Assembly (NCBI GenBank): GCA_964401335.1
Contig: CAYNYK010000003.1
Coordinates: forward strand, 6,222-70,221
DNA length: 64,000 nucleotides
Direction: 5' to 3'
Source: an uncultured Planctomycetales bacterium
GTDB taxonomy: Bacteria > Planctomycetota > Phycisphaerae > UBA1845 > PWPN01
Made by a program: the position numbers and the translations under genes. Below, one piece after another: positions 18,677 to 30,279 of the stretch (position 1 is its first letter; the number at the start of each line of letters is the position of its first letter). The notes beneath the pieces were generated by a model. That model did not search any database and was not told the origin of the DNA. It was given only the letters and a program-made list of their open reading frames with translations.

Positions 18677-19276
18677 CTATTCCAGCGCGTAGATCGTGAT
18701 CGTGACGTTGTCAAAATAATAGGTCATCTCGGTTTCCCAGACGGCACTGATGCCGAAGGCTACCCAGAGCCGGCCGTCGGCCCCTGATGTGGCTTGCCGG
18801 GTCGAGGTGTAGGTTTTCCAGCCGGCGACCTGGTTGGCGGACTGGCTCGTATCGAAGTCCGCCTCGCTCTGAGGTCGCTGATTACCGGCATAGAAGGCCA
18901 GTTTGGCAATGGTGTTATCGCTGGCGCTTTCGCTCCAAACATCTCCTTTGATCTCGACTTCATAGGCGGCACCGGCCGTCGAGGTGCTGAAGGATCGGGT
19001 CATCCAGATCGTGCCGTCATCCTGGCGACCATCGAGATAAAAGCGGGCCGCATATTTGCCTTTGGCTTGACTATCGCTGATGTCAACGGACCAGGCCACC
19101 TCGCGGCCGGGGCAGTTCGGATCTTCCGGGACATCGGCCCCGATCAACCACTCGCTCTCGAAGTCCTCGGTCAGGACGCCCAACGGCATCCCCCACCATG
19201 GAAAGAAGGTCGAACAGCCGGCAGCTCCCAGGAGAATCAGCCCCGCCACGCTCAGGATCAGATGATTTCTGTTCAT
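18677..19276 (-). CDS. Lipoprotein of unknown function
   Basis: MNRNHLILSVAGLILLGAAGC has a lipobox (LGAAGC). The beta-rich body gives no recognisable motif. Confidence 0.7.
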   Translation of the reverse strand: MNRNHLILSVAGLILLGAAGCSTFFPWWGMPLGVLTEDFESEWLIGADVPEDPNCPGREVAWSVDISDSQAKGKYAARFYLDGRQDDGTIWMTRSFSTSTAGAAYEVEIKGDVWSESASDNTIAKLAFYAGNQRPQSEADFDTSQSANQVAGWKTYTSTRQATSGADGRLWVAFGISAVWETEMTYYFDNVTITIYALE

Positions 19277-19636
19277 CGCAAAACCCTTTCTTTGAAGGCC
19301 AAATAAATACCAGCGCATTTTGCCGTTCATCGACTTTCTGTCGGCTTAGCGACAGGGCCGACCTCCGCGGCGCGCTATTCTCCGCGAAGGCTGAAAACTT
19401 ACCCTTCACTGATTGCGTATCCTATCAAGCGGCCGCGATGCCCGCAATGCCGAGCCATACCCCTTTTCGACGGCGTATGTGGCTATGTGCGTACAGAGAG
19501 CTTGGATATGGCCATCCATTTGAAACAAGGAAATTTCCGCCGGCCCGACGGACTTCGCTTCGCTCGCGCTTCCAACAGATCATTCTCGCGCATGACTCTC
19601 TTGTGCGTGGTGAAAAGACGAATAATCCGGGTCAGG

Positions 19637-21400
19637 TCATTCCCATTTGTTGACGTCGAAGATGGTGTCCTTCGCGCCTTCGGCGCGCATCAGAATGGAA
19701 TAAACACTGATGCCCAAAGAACGGGGGTCACGGGATTCGGGGAATACTTTTTGGGGTACCCATTCGCGGCAACGTAGTTCCAAGATCACCTTATCCGACG
19801 AGGAGGGGGGCAGTTGAGCTTTCAATACGGTGGAGCCTTTGGGCAACTCCGCGATCCGCCGGCCTTCAAGGAAGAGTCCCGCGTCGGGTGATTCGGCCTG
19901 TTGGGGGACGTTTAACTGGATGCTGATCTCGTACGGCCGGCCGGGGACCACGGGAAGGATCATTTGCGAACTCGCTTTGGACCAGCGCATGGTTACTTCC
20001 GCATCCTTGCCGATCCGTTCCCGATCATACCAGCCATGCAGGAACGGCCCGTCGCCGATGGCGCCAACCTGGATGCGATAATGCGACTTGGCTTCGACGC
20101 TCATTTCCATAGGCTGCTCGTTAGCCGACATTTGCACGCGATTACCCGCATGATTCTCGACGCAAAAGCCGTCGCCGGCCTGATTGGCGGTAAGAATGGC
20201 CGAGCGGACCTGTGGGCCGACCTGAACATTCAGGCCGTGGCGCGTGAACGTGCAGCCTTGCACGATGGCCTTTCCCGCGTCGAGTTGAATGGCTGGCGAA
20301 CCTTCGCCGCGATTGTCCCAGTCCACGAAGGTGCAGGCGCTGGCGGTGAACTGGCCCTCGGGGCTGCGCATCCAGACGCAACGGTCGATTGGACCCCAGA
20401 AGGAGCAGTTGACCAGGCTTACTTTCCCTTCCATCTCCGGACCGATTTCGAGGCAAACCGAATCGGTGCTGCTCCAGCGGCCTACAAATTCCCCGTTGGT
20501 GATGAGCAACCCGGGCGCTTGGGCCTGCTCAACAAGCACGGCCCGGCGACACGAGTCGGCCCCCAGGCCTAGAAAGTTGCCGTTCGTGCTGCCGGCTTTC
20601 GTCTTGGAAAACTTGTACCCCACGCCGTAACCAAAACAGAAGGTGTTGAAAACGTAGTGCCAATCGGTGCGACCTAATTCAAAAGCCACTCCCTGTGTAT
20701 TGACCCATTTGCAGTACGGATCCTCGGGATTGTAGATCACACCAAAAGGCCAGAAGTGGATGTTCTCGATGTGGCCGATGTCCATGCACTCGTCCACGTA
20801 GATGCCGCATTTGCTGGGGTAGCCGGTGACGTTGCGAACCAGGTGCCGATGCGCGCGGAACAACCTGATGGCAATGTAGGGGTTGAGCAGGCAACAATTT
20901 TCAATCGCGACATTCAGCGTATCGACCGATTCCACGCAGGGCGGATACGGCACGGGAGGCACGTCGGACGGCTTCCACTCCGGGTAAGCCACCACCACTC
21001 CGGAGACGGCGGAGTTCCGACCGGCCAGGCGAATAAAGGGAGGGCCGTCCTCGGAACCTCGACCGGCATAGGCCAGGAGCATGGTGCCATCCGGTTTCGC
21101 GTTTCTGTCCCAAGCGGTCGGCGGTACCCGATAGGTGCCCTGAAGCGTCACCCCCGCGGGAATGGAAAGCGTGCCGTCCAGCCGGTATCGCCCCGAGGGA
21201 ACCTCGACGATACCGCCGCCGGCCTCACCGGCCAGGTCCAGAGCTTTCTGGAACACCGCCGTATTGTCCGTTTTGCCGTCGGCGACCGCGCCCATCTCGG
21301 TCACGTTCCAGCGCACCCGTAGTGAACTATCCATCGGCCGCGTGGTCGGTTCCGTGTTGAGCATTGAGATCGCGGCCATGAACATCACGGTGGTCAGCAT
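19637..21400 (-). CDS. Right-handed beta-helix protein, pectate-lyase superfamily / GH28-related
   Basis: GGAG RBS and a signal peptide. The N-terminal string VTEMGAVADGKTDNTAVFQKALDLAGEAGGGIVEVPSGRYRLDGTLSIPAGVTLQG is typical of Pectate_lyase_3-type domains. Confidence 0.75.
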   Translation of the reverse strand: MLTTVMFMAAISMLNTEPTTRPMDSSLRVRWNVTEMGAVADGKTDNTAVFQKALDLAGEAGGGIVEVPSGRYRLDGTLSIPAGVTLQGTYRVPPTAWDRNAKPDGTMLLAYAGRGSEDGPPFIRLAGRNSAVSGVVVAYPEWKPSDVPPVPYPPCVESVDTLNVAIENCCLLNPYIAIRLFRAHRHLVRNVTGYPSKCGIYVDECMDIGHIENIHFWPFGVIYNPEDPYCKWVNTQGVAFELGRTDWHYVFNTFCFGYGVGYKFSKTKAGSTNGNFLGLGADSCRRAVLVEQAQAPGLLITNGEFVGRWSSTDSVCLEIGPEMEGKVSLVNCSFWGPIDRCVWMRSPEGQFTASACTFVDWDNRGEGSPAIQLDAGKAIVQGCTFTRHGLNVQVGPQVRSAILTANQAGDGFCVENHAGNRVQMSANEQPMEMSVEAKSHYRIQVGAIGDGPFLHGWYDRERIGKDAEVTMRWSKASSQMILPVVPGRPYEISIQLNVPQQAESPDAGLFLEGRRIAELPKGSTVLKAQLPPSSSDKVILELRCREWVPQKVFPESRDPRSLGISVYSILMRAEGAKDTIFDVNKWE

Positions 21401-21754
21401 GGTTGACGCTCCTTGGTATTTTGAACCCGGGTCGTCAGCCTATCAGACGAAAGATTTGCACGCAACTCGTAACGGCATCGCCATCGTTATCCGTATGTTT
21501 TAATGTTTTTTTTGACGAGGTCGGCAGCATGTTATATGCTCTTTATCGTCTTATTAACCGGTGGAGCGATAAGGCGTGCAATAAAGCCAGCCGTTTAGGT
21601 ATTGGGTATGAGGTTGATACCGCAGGTTTGCGTATCCTTGTCTAGCTTCGGACTCGCGCACCGGTTGCAGATTCCTCCGTAAACGGCAACCGAGGAAGGT
21701 CCATTATCAAAGATTCAGACCATGCCTTTCCAAGTCGGCACGGAAAGAGAGCTT

Positions 21755-24700
21755 ATGTTGAACAGATACATGACTCACCACCGTTCGTCTATGACTGTTT
21801 GTGGCGTATTGGGCTTCATCCTGCTTTCCGGATCGTCTTATGGTGAAGATGGGTCCGGCAGCGTGCGGGTGACACCCGAGGCCGTTGTCCTGAGGCAAGG
21901 GAATCTCTGTTTGCCGGTGAGCCTCGTTTGTCCAACGTTCACGGTCGACGGGACCGAGAGGGGTGGCAAGGGATGCGCCATCGACACAAACCGAACGATA
22001 GAGTCCGGGCAGATGCTGGAGTTGCCTTGCGAACCGATTGTTTTCGCTGACCAGAGTCGTCTGGAGGTCAAACTATGTTTGCTCTGGTCGGCCGACGAGC
22101 AGGTGTTGCGCAAATGGGCGGTCTATTGTCTGAAAGGGACTATCGATACCAAGCTGGTGAGCAGGGTTGTGTTGGAAGACCTGGACACGAAGGCGGCCGG
22201 ATTGCGCCTACTCCCGGAACAGCCGGTGGATACGGATGAAGTTCAGAGTCGACCTGTTTTTCTGGAGGGTTTTTGGACGGGGATCGAATATCCCGTGGCC
22301 CGGTGCCGAGTGGAGAACGGGCGGGTCATTCTCATGCATCGGCCGGGGTTAAGGATGCAACCGGACACCTGGTACGAAACGCGTAAGGCGGTCTATGGCA
22401 TGAGCGTTCCCGGAACGGAAAGGGAGAGTTTCAAACGATATATCGAGGCCCATCGGCCCGAGCCTAAGGGTATCCACCATTTCATCTATAATCCGTTCTG
22501 GAGTACGCCAACCATGCCGTCTCAGGACCATATCCTTGAGATCATGCGGACGATCGGGGAGAAATTGTATAGGCCGCATGGGGTGACCTTCGATTCCTAC
22601 GGTCTTACCGTTTTCACCACAAATCCCCAGAGCGTCTGGGAAGTGGATACGAAGAGATTTCCCCGGGGCCTAACCGATCTGCAGCAGGCGTGCAGCGATA
22701 TCGGCTCGCACCTGGACATATTCCTGTCGCCGAGCAGCGTGTATCCGCCCGCGATGGATCCCGATTGGGCGACAGAGCAGGGCTACGAGACTTTCACGTA
22801 CGGATCGAGAAAGGCCCTTTGTCTGGCGGGCAAGCGTTACCAGAGCCAGACCAAGCGGGCGATCGTGGATATGGTACGCCGCTACGAGGCGAATCACGTT
22901 TTTGTTGACGGCTATCTGTTCACATGTCCGGCGAGCGGTCACGGCCACGAACCGGGTATCTTGTCCGGTGAAGCGGTGGCCGACGGCCTGATCGACATTC
23001 TACGGGCCCTGCGTGAAGCGTCACCGAACGTGTGGCTGGCGCCCACGTGTTTTACATGGAATGCAAGTCCATGGTGGAGTTTTTACGTTCATTCGGTGAT
23101 CGGTACCTATGGTGACGACTCTCCATACGGGCGGGTTCCGTCACCCCTCTACCGGGAGAGCTACACCTCCGCCCGTGACTATTTCAACTTGCAAGGAGCG
23201 TATTGGCTGGTCACGCCCATCGCGGCGACGGAATCATTCGGCATCATCCAGCAGAGCGATTATCCGTTCCTTAACGACGCCGTGACTGACATCCTGCGCG
23301 GAAACATGGAGCAACACTGTGCGATCAATCCGACGTATATGACCGATCGTCGGTGGAAGCAGCTTGCTTTGCTGATGAAGTGGGCACGTGGGAACGCAGA
23401 TATTTTGCAGGTCACCGAACCGTTATTGCCTTGTTCCTGGCAAAACGGGAAGTGTCCGAAGGTCGTCAATAGCGGCGTAATGCCCAGAGAACCGTACGGC
23501 TATGCCCACTGGCGCGACGGTGTCGGAATGGTTGCGTTGCGGAACCCCTGGATCGAGCCGCGGACATACTCTGTAAGGTTGCCTGTTGATCCCAAACCGT
23601 CCGCCGACACGGTGGAGTTGTCGGTGGTAAGTATCTACCCTGAAGCGCGCGTCTATGGAGAAGCCCTGAAGCCCGGTGACACGTTAGCTGTACAGCTGGC
23701 CCCCTATGAAACGGTGGTATTGTCCGTTGGCCGGAGCGAGGCCCCCGCGAACATTCCTCCTGCATCTCAGGCCGTCTGCCGCCAGGTAAACGTCAAGGTA
23801 CTCAAGAGCGAAGTAGGCCTCGAGAAATTCGTGGGTGACGGGTCTGTTCTCGAAGCGGATTCGACGTGTCTGGCGGGAGAGGCGGACACGGCTATTCGCG
23901 TGGGTCTGGATGCGGAGGTGAGCGTCGATGCCCCGGAGGCCGATCTGCTGATTCTGATCGAAGACAACGAGGCGCCCATTGATCCGGTGTGCCGGGTACG
24001 CATCGACGGGAAGGAGGCGACCTTTTCGAGTTGCGGATCCGAGACCGGCTGGGCTGCAACCGTGTTGCCCAAGCCGGAGCGGTGGCTCTTTTTGTCGTCG
24101 CCCCTGCCCAAGGGGACAAGCCTGGTCAACTTGGATCTTCTGACGCGCGGCGGTAGTCCCGTGGTATCGGCTTGGGTGTGGGCCAGGAAGGCCGGGATCG
24201 ATGACGGTACCGGTTTACCCAATGCCCTGCCTCAGCCCGAGGTGATATCGCTGGACGGAGCCAACCTGTTAAAACCGGTGGATGAGAAGATTGCGGCCCA
24301 GGCAACAAGGACGGTGGCACGGCCGTTTGAACGCATCGACGGCATCTTTTTGGATGCATTGGATCCGTCGCTGGTGCGCGCGGTTTCGGGTGGATTTCAA
24401 AAGAATGTCAACGCCGCACAAGCGCCACTGATCATTGCCGGTCGACGCTATTGGAGGGGGCTCGGTGTCCAGGGCATGTCCAAACTGGAAGTCTCATTAG
24501 AAGGTACGTATCATCGTTTTCAGGCTTGGGCCGGCCTCGACAGCCTGAACATGGCTAATTATATGGACAGGTCGGCAGTGACCTTCGAGGTTTGGGTTGA
24601 CGGGCGAAAGTGGTGGGAATCCGCGGTGGTTAGGAATGTCGACCCGCCCGGTCTGCCCATCTGGGTGGATGTCGATATTACCGGAGCCAAGACGTTGGAA

Positions 24701-24781
24701 CTCGTGGTAATCGTCCAAGATACCCATGGGCATCTTGCCCAGAACTTCGCCGACTGGGCGGACGCGCGCTTGTTGCGATAA
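21755..24781 (+). CDS. Large secreted putative glycosidase with C-terminal NPCBM carbohydrate-binding domain
   Basis: The C-terminal ~170 aa (GRRYWRGLGVQGMSKLEVSLEG...FEVWVDGRKWWES...LELVVIVQDTHGHLAQNFADWADARLL) match the NPCBM/NEW2 pattern. The start is uncertain (ATG at 21722, 21755 or 21770). Confidence 0.7.
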   Translation: MLNRYMTHHRSSMTVCGVLGFILLSGSSYGEDGSGSVRVTPEAVVLRQGNLCLPVSLVCPTFTVDGTERGGKGCAIDTNRTIESGQMLELPCEPIVFADQSRLEVKLCLLWSADEQVLRKWAVYCLKGTIDTKLVSRVVLEDLDTKAAGLRLLPEQPVDTDEVQSRPVFLEGFWTGIEYPVARCRVENGRVILMHRPGLRMQPDTWYETRKAVYGMSVPGTERESFKRYIEAHRPEPKGIHHFIYNPFWSTPTMPSQDHILEIMRTIGEKLYRPHGVTFDSYGLTVFTTNPQSVWEVDTKRFPRGLTDLQQACSDIGSHLDIFLSPSSVYPPAMDPDWATEQGYETFTYGSRKALCLAGKRYQSQTKRAIVDMVRRYEANHVFVDGYLFTCPASGHGHEPGILSGEAVADGLIDILRALREASPNVWLAPTCFTWNASPWWSFYVHSVIGTYGDDSPYGRVPSPLYRESYTSARDYFNLQGAYWLVTPIAATESFGIIQQSDYPFLNDAVTDILRGNMEQHCAINPTYMTDRRWKQLALLMKWARGNADILQVTEPLLPCSWQNGKCPKVVNSGVMPREPYGYAHWRDGVGMVALRNPWIEPRTYSVRLPVDPKPSADTVELSVVSIYPEARVYGEALKPGDTLAVQLAPYETVVLSVGRSEAPANIPPASQAVCRQVNVKVLKSEVGLEKFVGDGSVLEADSTCLAGEADTAIRVGLDAEVSVDAPEADLLILIEDNEAPIDPVCRVRIDGKEATFSSCGSETGWAATVLPKPERWLFLSSPLPKGTSLVNLDLLTRGGSPVVSAWVWARKAGIDDGTGLPNALPQPEVISLDGANLLKPVDEKIAAQATRTVARPFERIDGIFLDALDPSLVRAVSGGFQKNVNAAQAPLIIAGRRYWRGLGVQGMSKLEVSLEGTYHRFQAWAGLDSLNMANYMDRSAVTFEVWVDGRKWWESAVVRNVDPPGLPIWVDVDITGAKTLELVVIVQDTHGHLAQNFADWADARLLR

Positions 24782-24836
24782 GCTGGACAAGGTTTTAGAC
24801 GCACGAGTCAATAACGGCCAGGTTATAGAGATTGGT

Positions 24837-25283
24837 TCACTTCGGCGAGCGATTCCAGATGTTATCGATCCGCACTCGATCATAGCGGCTTAGCCACAGA
24901 CCCGCGCAGCAGATGAGCACGTAGGTGTAGTTGTTCGCCGCCGTGTCAAATTGGCCCGCCACCGACATGCCGAACGCCAGCGAGGTCATGAACAAGGCCG
25001 TCAACACCCAGCCGGCTTTCAATCGAAACCCGCTGATCAGCCAGATGACGATCAGGGCTTCGACAAAAGGTGTGATAGACCCGTGAAACGTGACGAGTTT
25101 CGCCGGCAGCCAGGTGTTCTCGAAAGTGCTCTGAAAATATTGGACGGTTTTTTGAATGGTCTCCATGCCGCCCTGAAGTTTGCGCACCGCGGCGGCCAGA
25201 AAGAGAGAACCGACCGCCAGTCGCAACACGATCGAAGCCCACTGGCCAGTGTCCCCCGGATTGAGTAATCGGTCATGATGCAT
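24837..25283 (-). CDS. DoxX-family small membrane protein
   Basis: GAGGAG RBS before ATG 25283. There are four predicted TM helices and the LRLAVGSLFLAAAVRKL signature region. Confidence 0.65.
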   Translation of the reverse strand: MHHDRLLNPGDTGQWASIVLRLAVGSLFLAAAVRKLQGGMETIQKTVQYFQSTFENTWLPAKLVTFHGSITPFVEALIVIWLISGFRLKAGWVLTALFMTSLAFGMSVAGQFDTAANNYTYVLICCAGLWLSRYDRVRIDNIWNRSPK

Positions 25284-25538
25284 GATAGGTCTCCTCAATA
25301 ATCTTAGCTCTATTATAGCCTCTCACACAATGCAATGGACCGTACGAAAGGCGGTTATTCGCCGAATCTTGCGGCCGGGGCCGGGTCGGCTACAATTCCA
25401 TCCCGACGATGAGTATTGGAAACGACTCGGAAGTATGGCCCCAACCCGCGGTGAAGATCAACCTTATGGGGTGGCTCTTCCAGCCTGAATCGCAGGGTCG
25501 CTGAATACTTTTACCCGTTGGATATTTTGGTTGAGCTC

Positions 25539-27299
25539 ATGCATCTACACCGGATTGATTTGGCCATCATCGCCGTTTACCTGGTCTTCATGGCCCTGGT
25601 CGGGGTATGGGTACGCAAGCAGGCCACCAAAAAGCTCGACGCCTACTATCTCGCCGATCGCAACATCCCCTGGTGGATGCTCGGTCTTTCCGGCTGCTCC
25701 AGCTACATCGACATCGGCGGCACGATGGCCATGGTCGGTATCCTTTTCTACCTCGGCCTGAAGGCCATCTGGGTCACGCATATCGTGTGGGGCTGGCTGA
25801 TCATCTGCATTTACATGGCCTTTCAAGCCAAATACATCCGTCGTTCGGGCGTGATGACCTTCGCGGAATGGAACGAAACCCGTTTCGGTTCGACCCCCGA
25901 TGCCGATCTTGCCCGACTGGCCTCGGCGTTATTCCTGCTGGTACTGATGGTTTTCAATCTGATGTATGTGGCCGTCGGCACCGGCAAATTCGCCGAGGAG
26001 TTCCTCCCCTTCGCCCGCTGGCAGTCGGTCCTTATCGTATTTGGCGTGGTCGGTGTCTATGTCACGCTCGGCGGCTTTTTCGGCGTGATTATCACCGACA
26101 TGTTTCAGACCCTGTTGATCGCGGTGGGGGCGGTGGTCCTGACCGTCCTGGCCTTCCAGGCCGGGCAGGGTATTGACCTTCCTGCTCTCAAACCGGCGGA
26201 ATGGAGTTCGCTGGCCCCCACATGGGGCTTGTGGGACGGATATCGTGAAACCGTGCCGGAAACCTATCAGCATTATGGTGCTTTTGGTCCGTTGCTGACG
26301 GCGGGGTTTCTCTGGGTGATCTTCCGTATTCTGGCCGGGCCGAACGTGTGGGATTTTCAGTTCTTCCTGACCACCCGCAGCGCCCGGCAAGCGTCGATGG
26401 CCGCCGGCCTGTGGACTGTCGGCTATACACTCCGCTGGTTCATCGCCTTGGCCTGTCTAATGCTCGGGTTGAGTTATTGTACCGAGCAGCCGATATTCGA
26501 CGGCGAAAAAATCATGCCCCAAGTGATTAAAAACATGCCCGTCGGGATGCAGGGGATTTTTCTGGCGGTGCTGCTGGCCGCCCTGATGTCCACGCTCAGC
26601 GCGATGATCAACGTGACCAGCTCGGTCATCCTGAACGATTTTCTGAAACGTTATTGGGCTCGCGGGAAGACCGAGAAGCAACTGGTCCGCTGGGGCCAGG
26701 TGGCTTCCCTCGGGGTCATCTTGCTGGGTTACGCACTCAGCCTGAAATACAAGAACGTGGTCGACGCTTGGGAAGCGATGCTCTTCAGCGTGGTCACGAT
26801 GATTCTAGTGCCGGCCACCTTCCGTTGGCACTGGTGGCGGTTCAGCGCCCGAGCCTTCGTGGGCAGCATGTTTTCGACGTTTTTAGTGATCGCCTGTCAA
26901 AAAGTATTTTTCGGCGACTGGTCGATGAGTCGGACCCTGGCCATCGATGTTTCTCTAAGCCTGTTGCTCAGCCTTGTCTGGGGATGGTGCACGAACCCTA
27001 CGGATATGAACATCCTGGTACGCTTTTATTCGAGGGTGAGACCCTTCGGTCGCTGGGGACCGGTGCGGGTGGAGGCCGTCCGGCGCGGGCTCGTGCCGCA
27101 AGGCGACAAGATGCCGATAATCGATGCGGCCAATGGCGTCATTACGATCTTTTTCCAGATTTCACTCGCCCTGATCCCCTGCTATATTTTCCTCAAGAAC
27201 TGGCCGCGCGTAACCCTGTGGAGCGGAGTGTTTGTCGTTCTGGCGATTATTCTTTATTTCACCTGGTATCGTAACCTGCCCGCTGAGAACGAAGCTTGA
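25539..27299 (+). CDS. Sodium:solute symporter (SSS/SLC5) family transporter
   Basis: About 13 hydrophobic helices. The N-terminal pattern IDLAIIAVYLVFMALVGVWVRKQATKKLDAYYLADRNIPWW is typical of SSS transporters. The start is ATG 25539 or TTG 25518. Confidence 0.8.
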   Translation: MHLHRIDLAIIAVYLVFMALVGVWVRKQATKKLDAYYLADRNIPWWMLGLSGCSSYIDIGGTMAMVGILFYLGLKAIWVTHIVWGWLIICIYMAFQAKYIRRSGVMTFAEWNETRFGSTPDADLARLASALFLLVLMVFNLMYVAVGTGKFAEEFLPFARWQSVLIVFGVVGVYVTLGGFFGVIITDMFQTLLIAVGAVVLTVLAFQAGQGIDLPALKPAEWSSLAPTWGLWDGYRETVPETYQHYGAFGPLLTAGFLWVIFRILAGPNVWDFQFFLTTRSARQASMAAGLWTVGYTLRWFIALACLMLGLSYCTEQPIFDGEKIMPQVIKNMPVGMQGIFLAVLLAALMSTLSAMINVTSSVILNDFLKRYWARGKTEKQLVRWGQVASLGVILLGYALSLKYKNVVDAWEAMLFSVVTMILVPATFRWHWWRFSARAFVGSMFSTFLVIACQKVFFGDWSMSRTLAIDVSLSLLLSLVWGWCTNPTDMNILVRFYSRVRPFGRWGPVRVEAVRRGLVPQGDKMPIIDAANGVITIFFQISLALIPCYIFLKNWPRVTLWSGVFVVLAIILYFTWYRNLPAENEA

Positions 27300-27326
27300 C
27301 GAACGAGAGGTATTTACGAAACGATT

Positions 27327-29753
27327 ATGAAACGACCGACGATACATTTAATTTGCAACGCGCATCTGGACCCGGTTTGGCAATGGTCATGGGAGGAAGG
27401 CTGCGGGGAGGCCTTGTCCACCTTTGCGACGGCCGTGGACATTCTCCACGAAAACTCCGAGCTGATCTTCAACCACAACGAAGCGGTGCTCTACCAATGG
27501 GTCCGCGAATACGATCCGGCACTGTTCCGGGAGATCCAGGCTCTGGTCGCCGCCGGCCGGTGGTGCATAAGCGGGGGCTGGTTCATTCAGCCGGACGTGA
27601 ACATGCCCGACACCGAAGCGCTGATCCGGCACATTCTCGTGGGGAGGCGTTTTTTCCGCGAGCATTTCGGTGTCGAGCCGAAAGTGGCTTACAATTTCGA
27701 TTCCTTCGGACATGGCGGCGGGTTACCCCAACTGCTCGCCCGTACCGGATACCGCATGTATATCCACATGCGCCCGCATCAGGATCTGTTGCCGCTGCCG
27801 TCGGACCTTTACTGGTGGCGCGGTGTGGACGGTTCAAAGATCCTCGCCATGCGCATTGCTATCGGTTACTACCACACGGAACGTGACAACCTGGAACAGC
27901 GCATGGATGAGGGAGTCGAGCTGGCCTTGCGATTGAATCGGGACGTTCCGGTGTTCTGGGGGCTGGGTGATCACGGTGGCGGCCCGACCCGCGAGGATTT
28001 GCGGCGCATCGAGGATTACCGCCGACGCGAAACCCGCGTCGAGATCGTACATAGCACGACCGAGCGACTTTATGAAGCGTTGCAAGCGGCGGCCGCCGGC
28101 GCCCCTGTGATCGAGGGTGATCTGCAACGCATTTTCACCGGCTGCTATACATCGCTGGCCCGCATCAAACGTCAGGCGGTCAGGAGTCTCGGCCAGACGG
28201 TGCAGACCGAGGCGTTACGGGCGGCATCCTGGTGGCAGCTTGGTCAGCCCTATCCCGAGGAGCCATTGGCCGACGCTTGGCGCGATCATTTGTTCAATGA
28301 TTTTCACGATATTTTGCCGGGTTCCTGCGTCGAATCCGCCGAACAGGACGCCTTGAAACTTTATGGTCGCGTCGAGGAATCCGTCCGTCGTCTCCGTCTT
28401 GGCGCGGCAGCCGCCTTCAACGCCGGCCGGCGGGAAATTTGCCATGTACCGATGACCGTGCTCAACACTAACCCCGTCTGCCGGCAGGTTCCGGTGGAAG
28501 CCGAATGTATGCTCGATCTTCGTCCGAAGTGGACGGGTAAATGGTCTATGCGATTGTTTACGCTCGACGGCGTGGAAATTCCCTGCCAGGAAGAGCAGGC
28601 GGAGCCTCTGCAACCTTATAACGGCTGGCGGCGCAAGATTGTTTTCATGGCCGACCTGCCGGCGCTGGGTGCCCGACACTATAAGATAGAAATAGCCGAG
28701 GGTGAACGCGAAGCGATAGCCGCCCCGGCTTGCCTGCGACATTCGTTGGATCCCGCCAGCGGGCTGGTGACCAGTCTCAATGCCGGTGGCGGGTGCGAGT
28801 GTTTGCGTGGACCGATGCTGCAACCGTTGGTGGTGAACGATACGGCCGACTCTTGGGGTTCGGACGCGATGAGCTATCGCGAAGTCGTCGGCCGCTTTGC
28901 CTGTGTGCCGGGCAGCGTCATGGTCCTCGAGCAAGGCCCGATCCGTACCATCACCGAATCGGTCCACCAATTCAACCATAGCCGGATTGTGTTCCACACC
29001 ATCGCCTACGCGCATTGGCCGGTATTGGAGTTTCGGCTGCGCATCAACTGGCAGGAGCCGTATCGCCGATTGAAGCTGGCGATTCCCACGGTCTTCGACA
29101 AGGATTGCATTCGTTGCGAGGTGCCGGGCGGAGCTATTGATCGACCCGCCGACGGACAAGAACACGTGCATCGCCGCTGGATTCTTCTTTCCGATTCGGT
29201 GCAAGGCAAGTCCACCGCTCTGGCCGTGGTCCACGACGGGTTGCACGGCTTTGATTTTCAGGACGGCGAAATCCGGCTCTCGGCGTTACGTTCGGCGGCC
29301 TACTGTCATGTGGCCGAGTTCAAAATCGACGAGCCGCCGGCTAGAAAATATATGGACCAGGGCATACACGAGATTCGCCTTCTGGTCACTGCCGGCGAGG
29401 CTAAGGATTTACAGGCCAAGGTCACCGGTCTGGCCGACTGGTTTAACATGCCCCCGGCAACTTATGCTCACTTGCCCATTGGTCGTAACGCTTCGGCCGC
29501 GACTCCCCACGATTCCTCGCTGATATCCTGTCATCCGGAGAATATCAGGTTGCTGGCTTGCAAGCGTTCCTGGGACGGCCAGGCCCTCATTATCCGTCTC
29601 CAGGAAGTGGCGGGATGGCCCACTGAAGCCAATGTTCGTATTGCCGGGAACGCAAAACCAGGAAAATGGATGTTCAATAAATATGAAATTAAAACATTAA
29701 GGTTTGAACGCAATGAAATCTTCCGTGAGGTAGACTGGGTCTGCGAAACATAA
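27327..29753 (+). CDS. Glycoside hydrolase family 38 alpha-mannosidase
   Basis: GH38 N-terminal domain strings: [33 protein letters not shown] and YNFDSFGH. Confidence 0.85.
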   Translation: MKRPTIHLICNAHLDPVWQWSWEEGCGEALSTFATAVDILHENSELIFNHNEAVLYQWVREYDPALFREIQALVAAGRWCISGGWFIQPDVNMPDTEALIRHILVGRRFFREHFGVEPKVAYNFDSFGHGGGLPQLLARTGYRMYIHMRPHQDLLPLPSDLYWWRGVDGSKILAMRIAIGYYHTERDNLEQRMDEGVELALRLNRDVPVFWGLGDHGGGPTREDLRRIEDYRRRETRVEIVHSTTERLYEALQAAAAGAPVIEGDLQRIFTGCYTSLARIKRQAVRSLGQTVQTEALRAASWWQLGQPYPEEPLADAWRDHLFNDFHDILPGSCVESAEQDALKLYGRVEESVRRLRLGAAAAFNAGRREICHVPMTVLNTNPVCRQVPVEAECMLDLRPKWTGKWSMRLFTLDGVEIPCQEEQAEPLQPYNGWRRKIVFMADLPALGARHYKIEIAEGEREAIAAPACLRHSLDPASGLVTSLNAGGGCECLRGPMLQPLVVNDTADSWGSDAMSYREVVGRFACVPGSVMVLEQGPIRTITESVHQFNHSRIVFHTIAYAHWPVLEFRLRINWQEPYRRLKLAIPTVFDKDCIRCEVPGGAIDRPADGQEHVHRRWILLSDSVQGKSTALAVVHDGLHGFDFQDGEIRLSALRSAAYCHVAEFKIDEPPARKYMDQGIHEIRLLVTAGEAKDLQAKVTGLADWFNMPPATYAHLPIGRNASAATPHDSSLISCHPENIRLLACKRSWDGQALIIRLQEVAGWPTEANVRIAGNAKPGKWMFNKYEIKTLRFERNEIFREVDWVCET

Positions 29754-29879
29754 AAACCAGCCCCCTTTTGCCTGGTTTTCGTCAATGAAAAGCCATGACG
29801 GGTTGGCCGCGTTACTTATAAATCGCGACGAGGGCGACCACCTGCTGCCGAAAAGGGCGAAAAAAACGCCCATGCCCCC

Positions 29880-29908
29880 TTGCATGACGTTGCCGTTCGG
29901 GCTATATT
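29880..29908 (+). promoter_or_regulatory. Sigma-70-type promoter upstream of rpsO
   Basis: TTGCAT (29880-29885), a 17-nt spacer, then TATATT (29903-29908), about 110 nt before the rpsO ATG. Confidence 0.5.
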
Positions 29909-30018
29909 ACGGGGCTGACAAAAGAGAAAGTGAGGATGATGTTAGGGTAGGTGGCCGATGGGTAAATCGGCCCGTGTGCAGGGCTTGTAAGACGAGGTTG
30001 GCGGACAATATGGTGGTG

Positions 30019-30279
30019 ATGGCGGAAAAAAAGCGGCAGATCATCGATGAGTATCGGCAGCACGAAAAAGACACCGGCTCGCCCGAGGTACAGATTGCTC
30101 TGCTGACCAGTCGTATTGTCGAGTTGACCGAGCACCTTAAGACCCACAAGAAGGATCACGCTTCAAGGCGAGGGCTGCTTCAACTGGTTGGGCAGCGTTC
30201 GAGCCTGCTGAAGTACCTGAATACGATCGATCACGATCGTTATCAGAAAGTGATCGCCCGTCTCGGATTACGCAAGTAA
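30019..30279 (+). CDS. rpsO: 30S ribosomal protein S15
   Basis: [67 protein letters not shown]. The alternative ATG is at 30010, and the long upstream part of the track ORF is rejected. Confidence 0.95.
   Translation: MAEKKRQIIDEYRQHEKDTGSPEVQIALLTSRIVELTEHLKTHKKDHASRRGLLQLVGQRSSLLKYLNTIDHDRYQKVIARLGLRK

Noticed and set aside
29785-30018. N-terminal extensions of track ORFs for S15 (29785), EncFtn (6793), encapsulin (7140), PNPase (30375) and Csp (32684)
   Set aside because: The family sequences begin at internal ATGs with good Shine-Dalgarno sites. The upstream parts have no homology-like features and overlap leaders or preceding genes.
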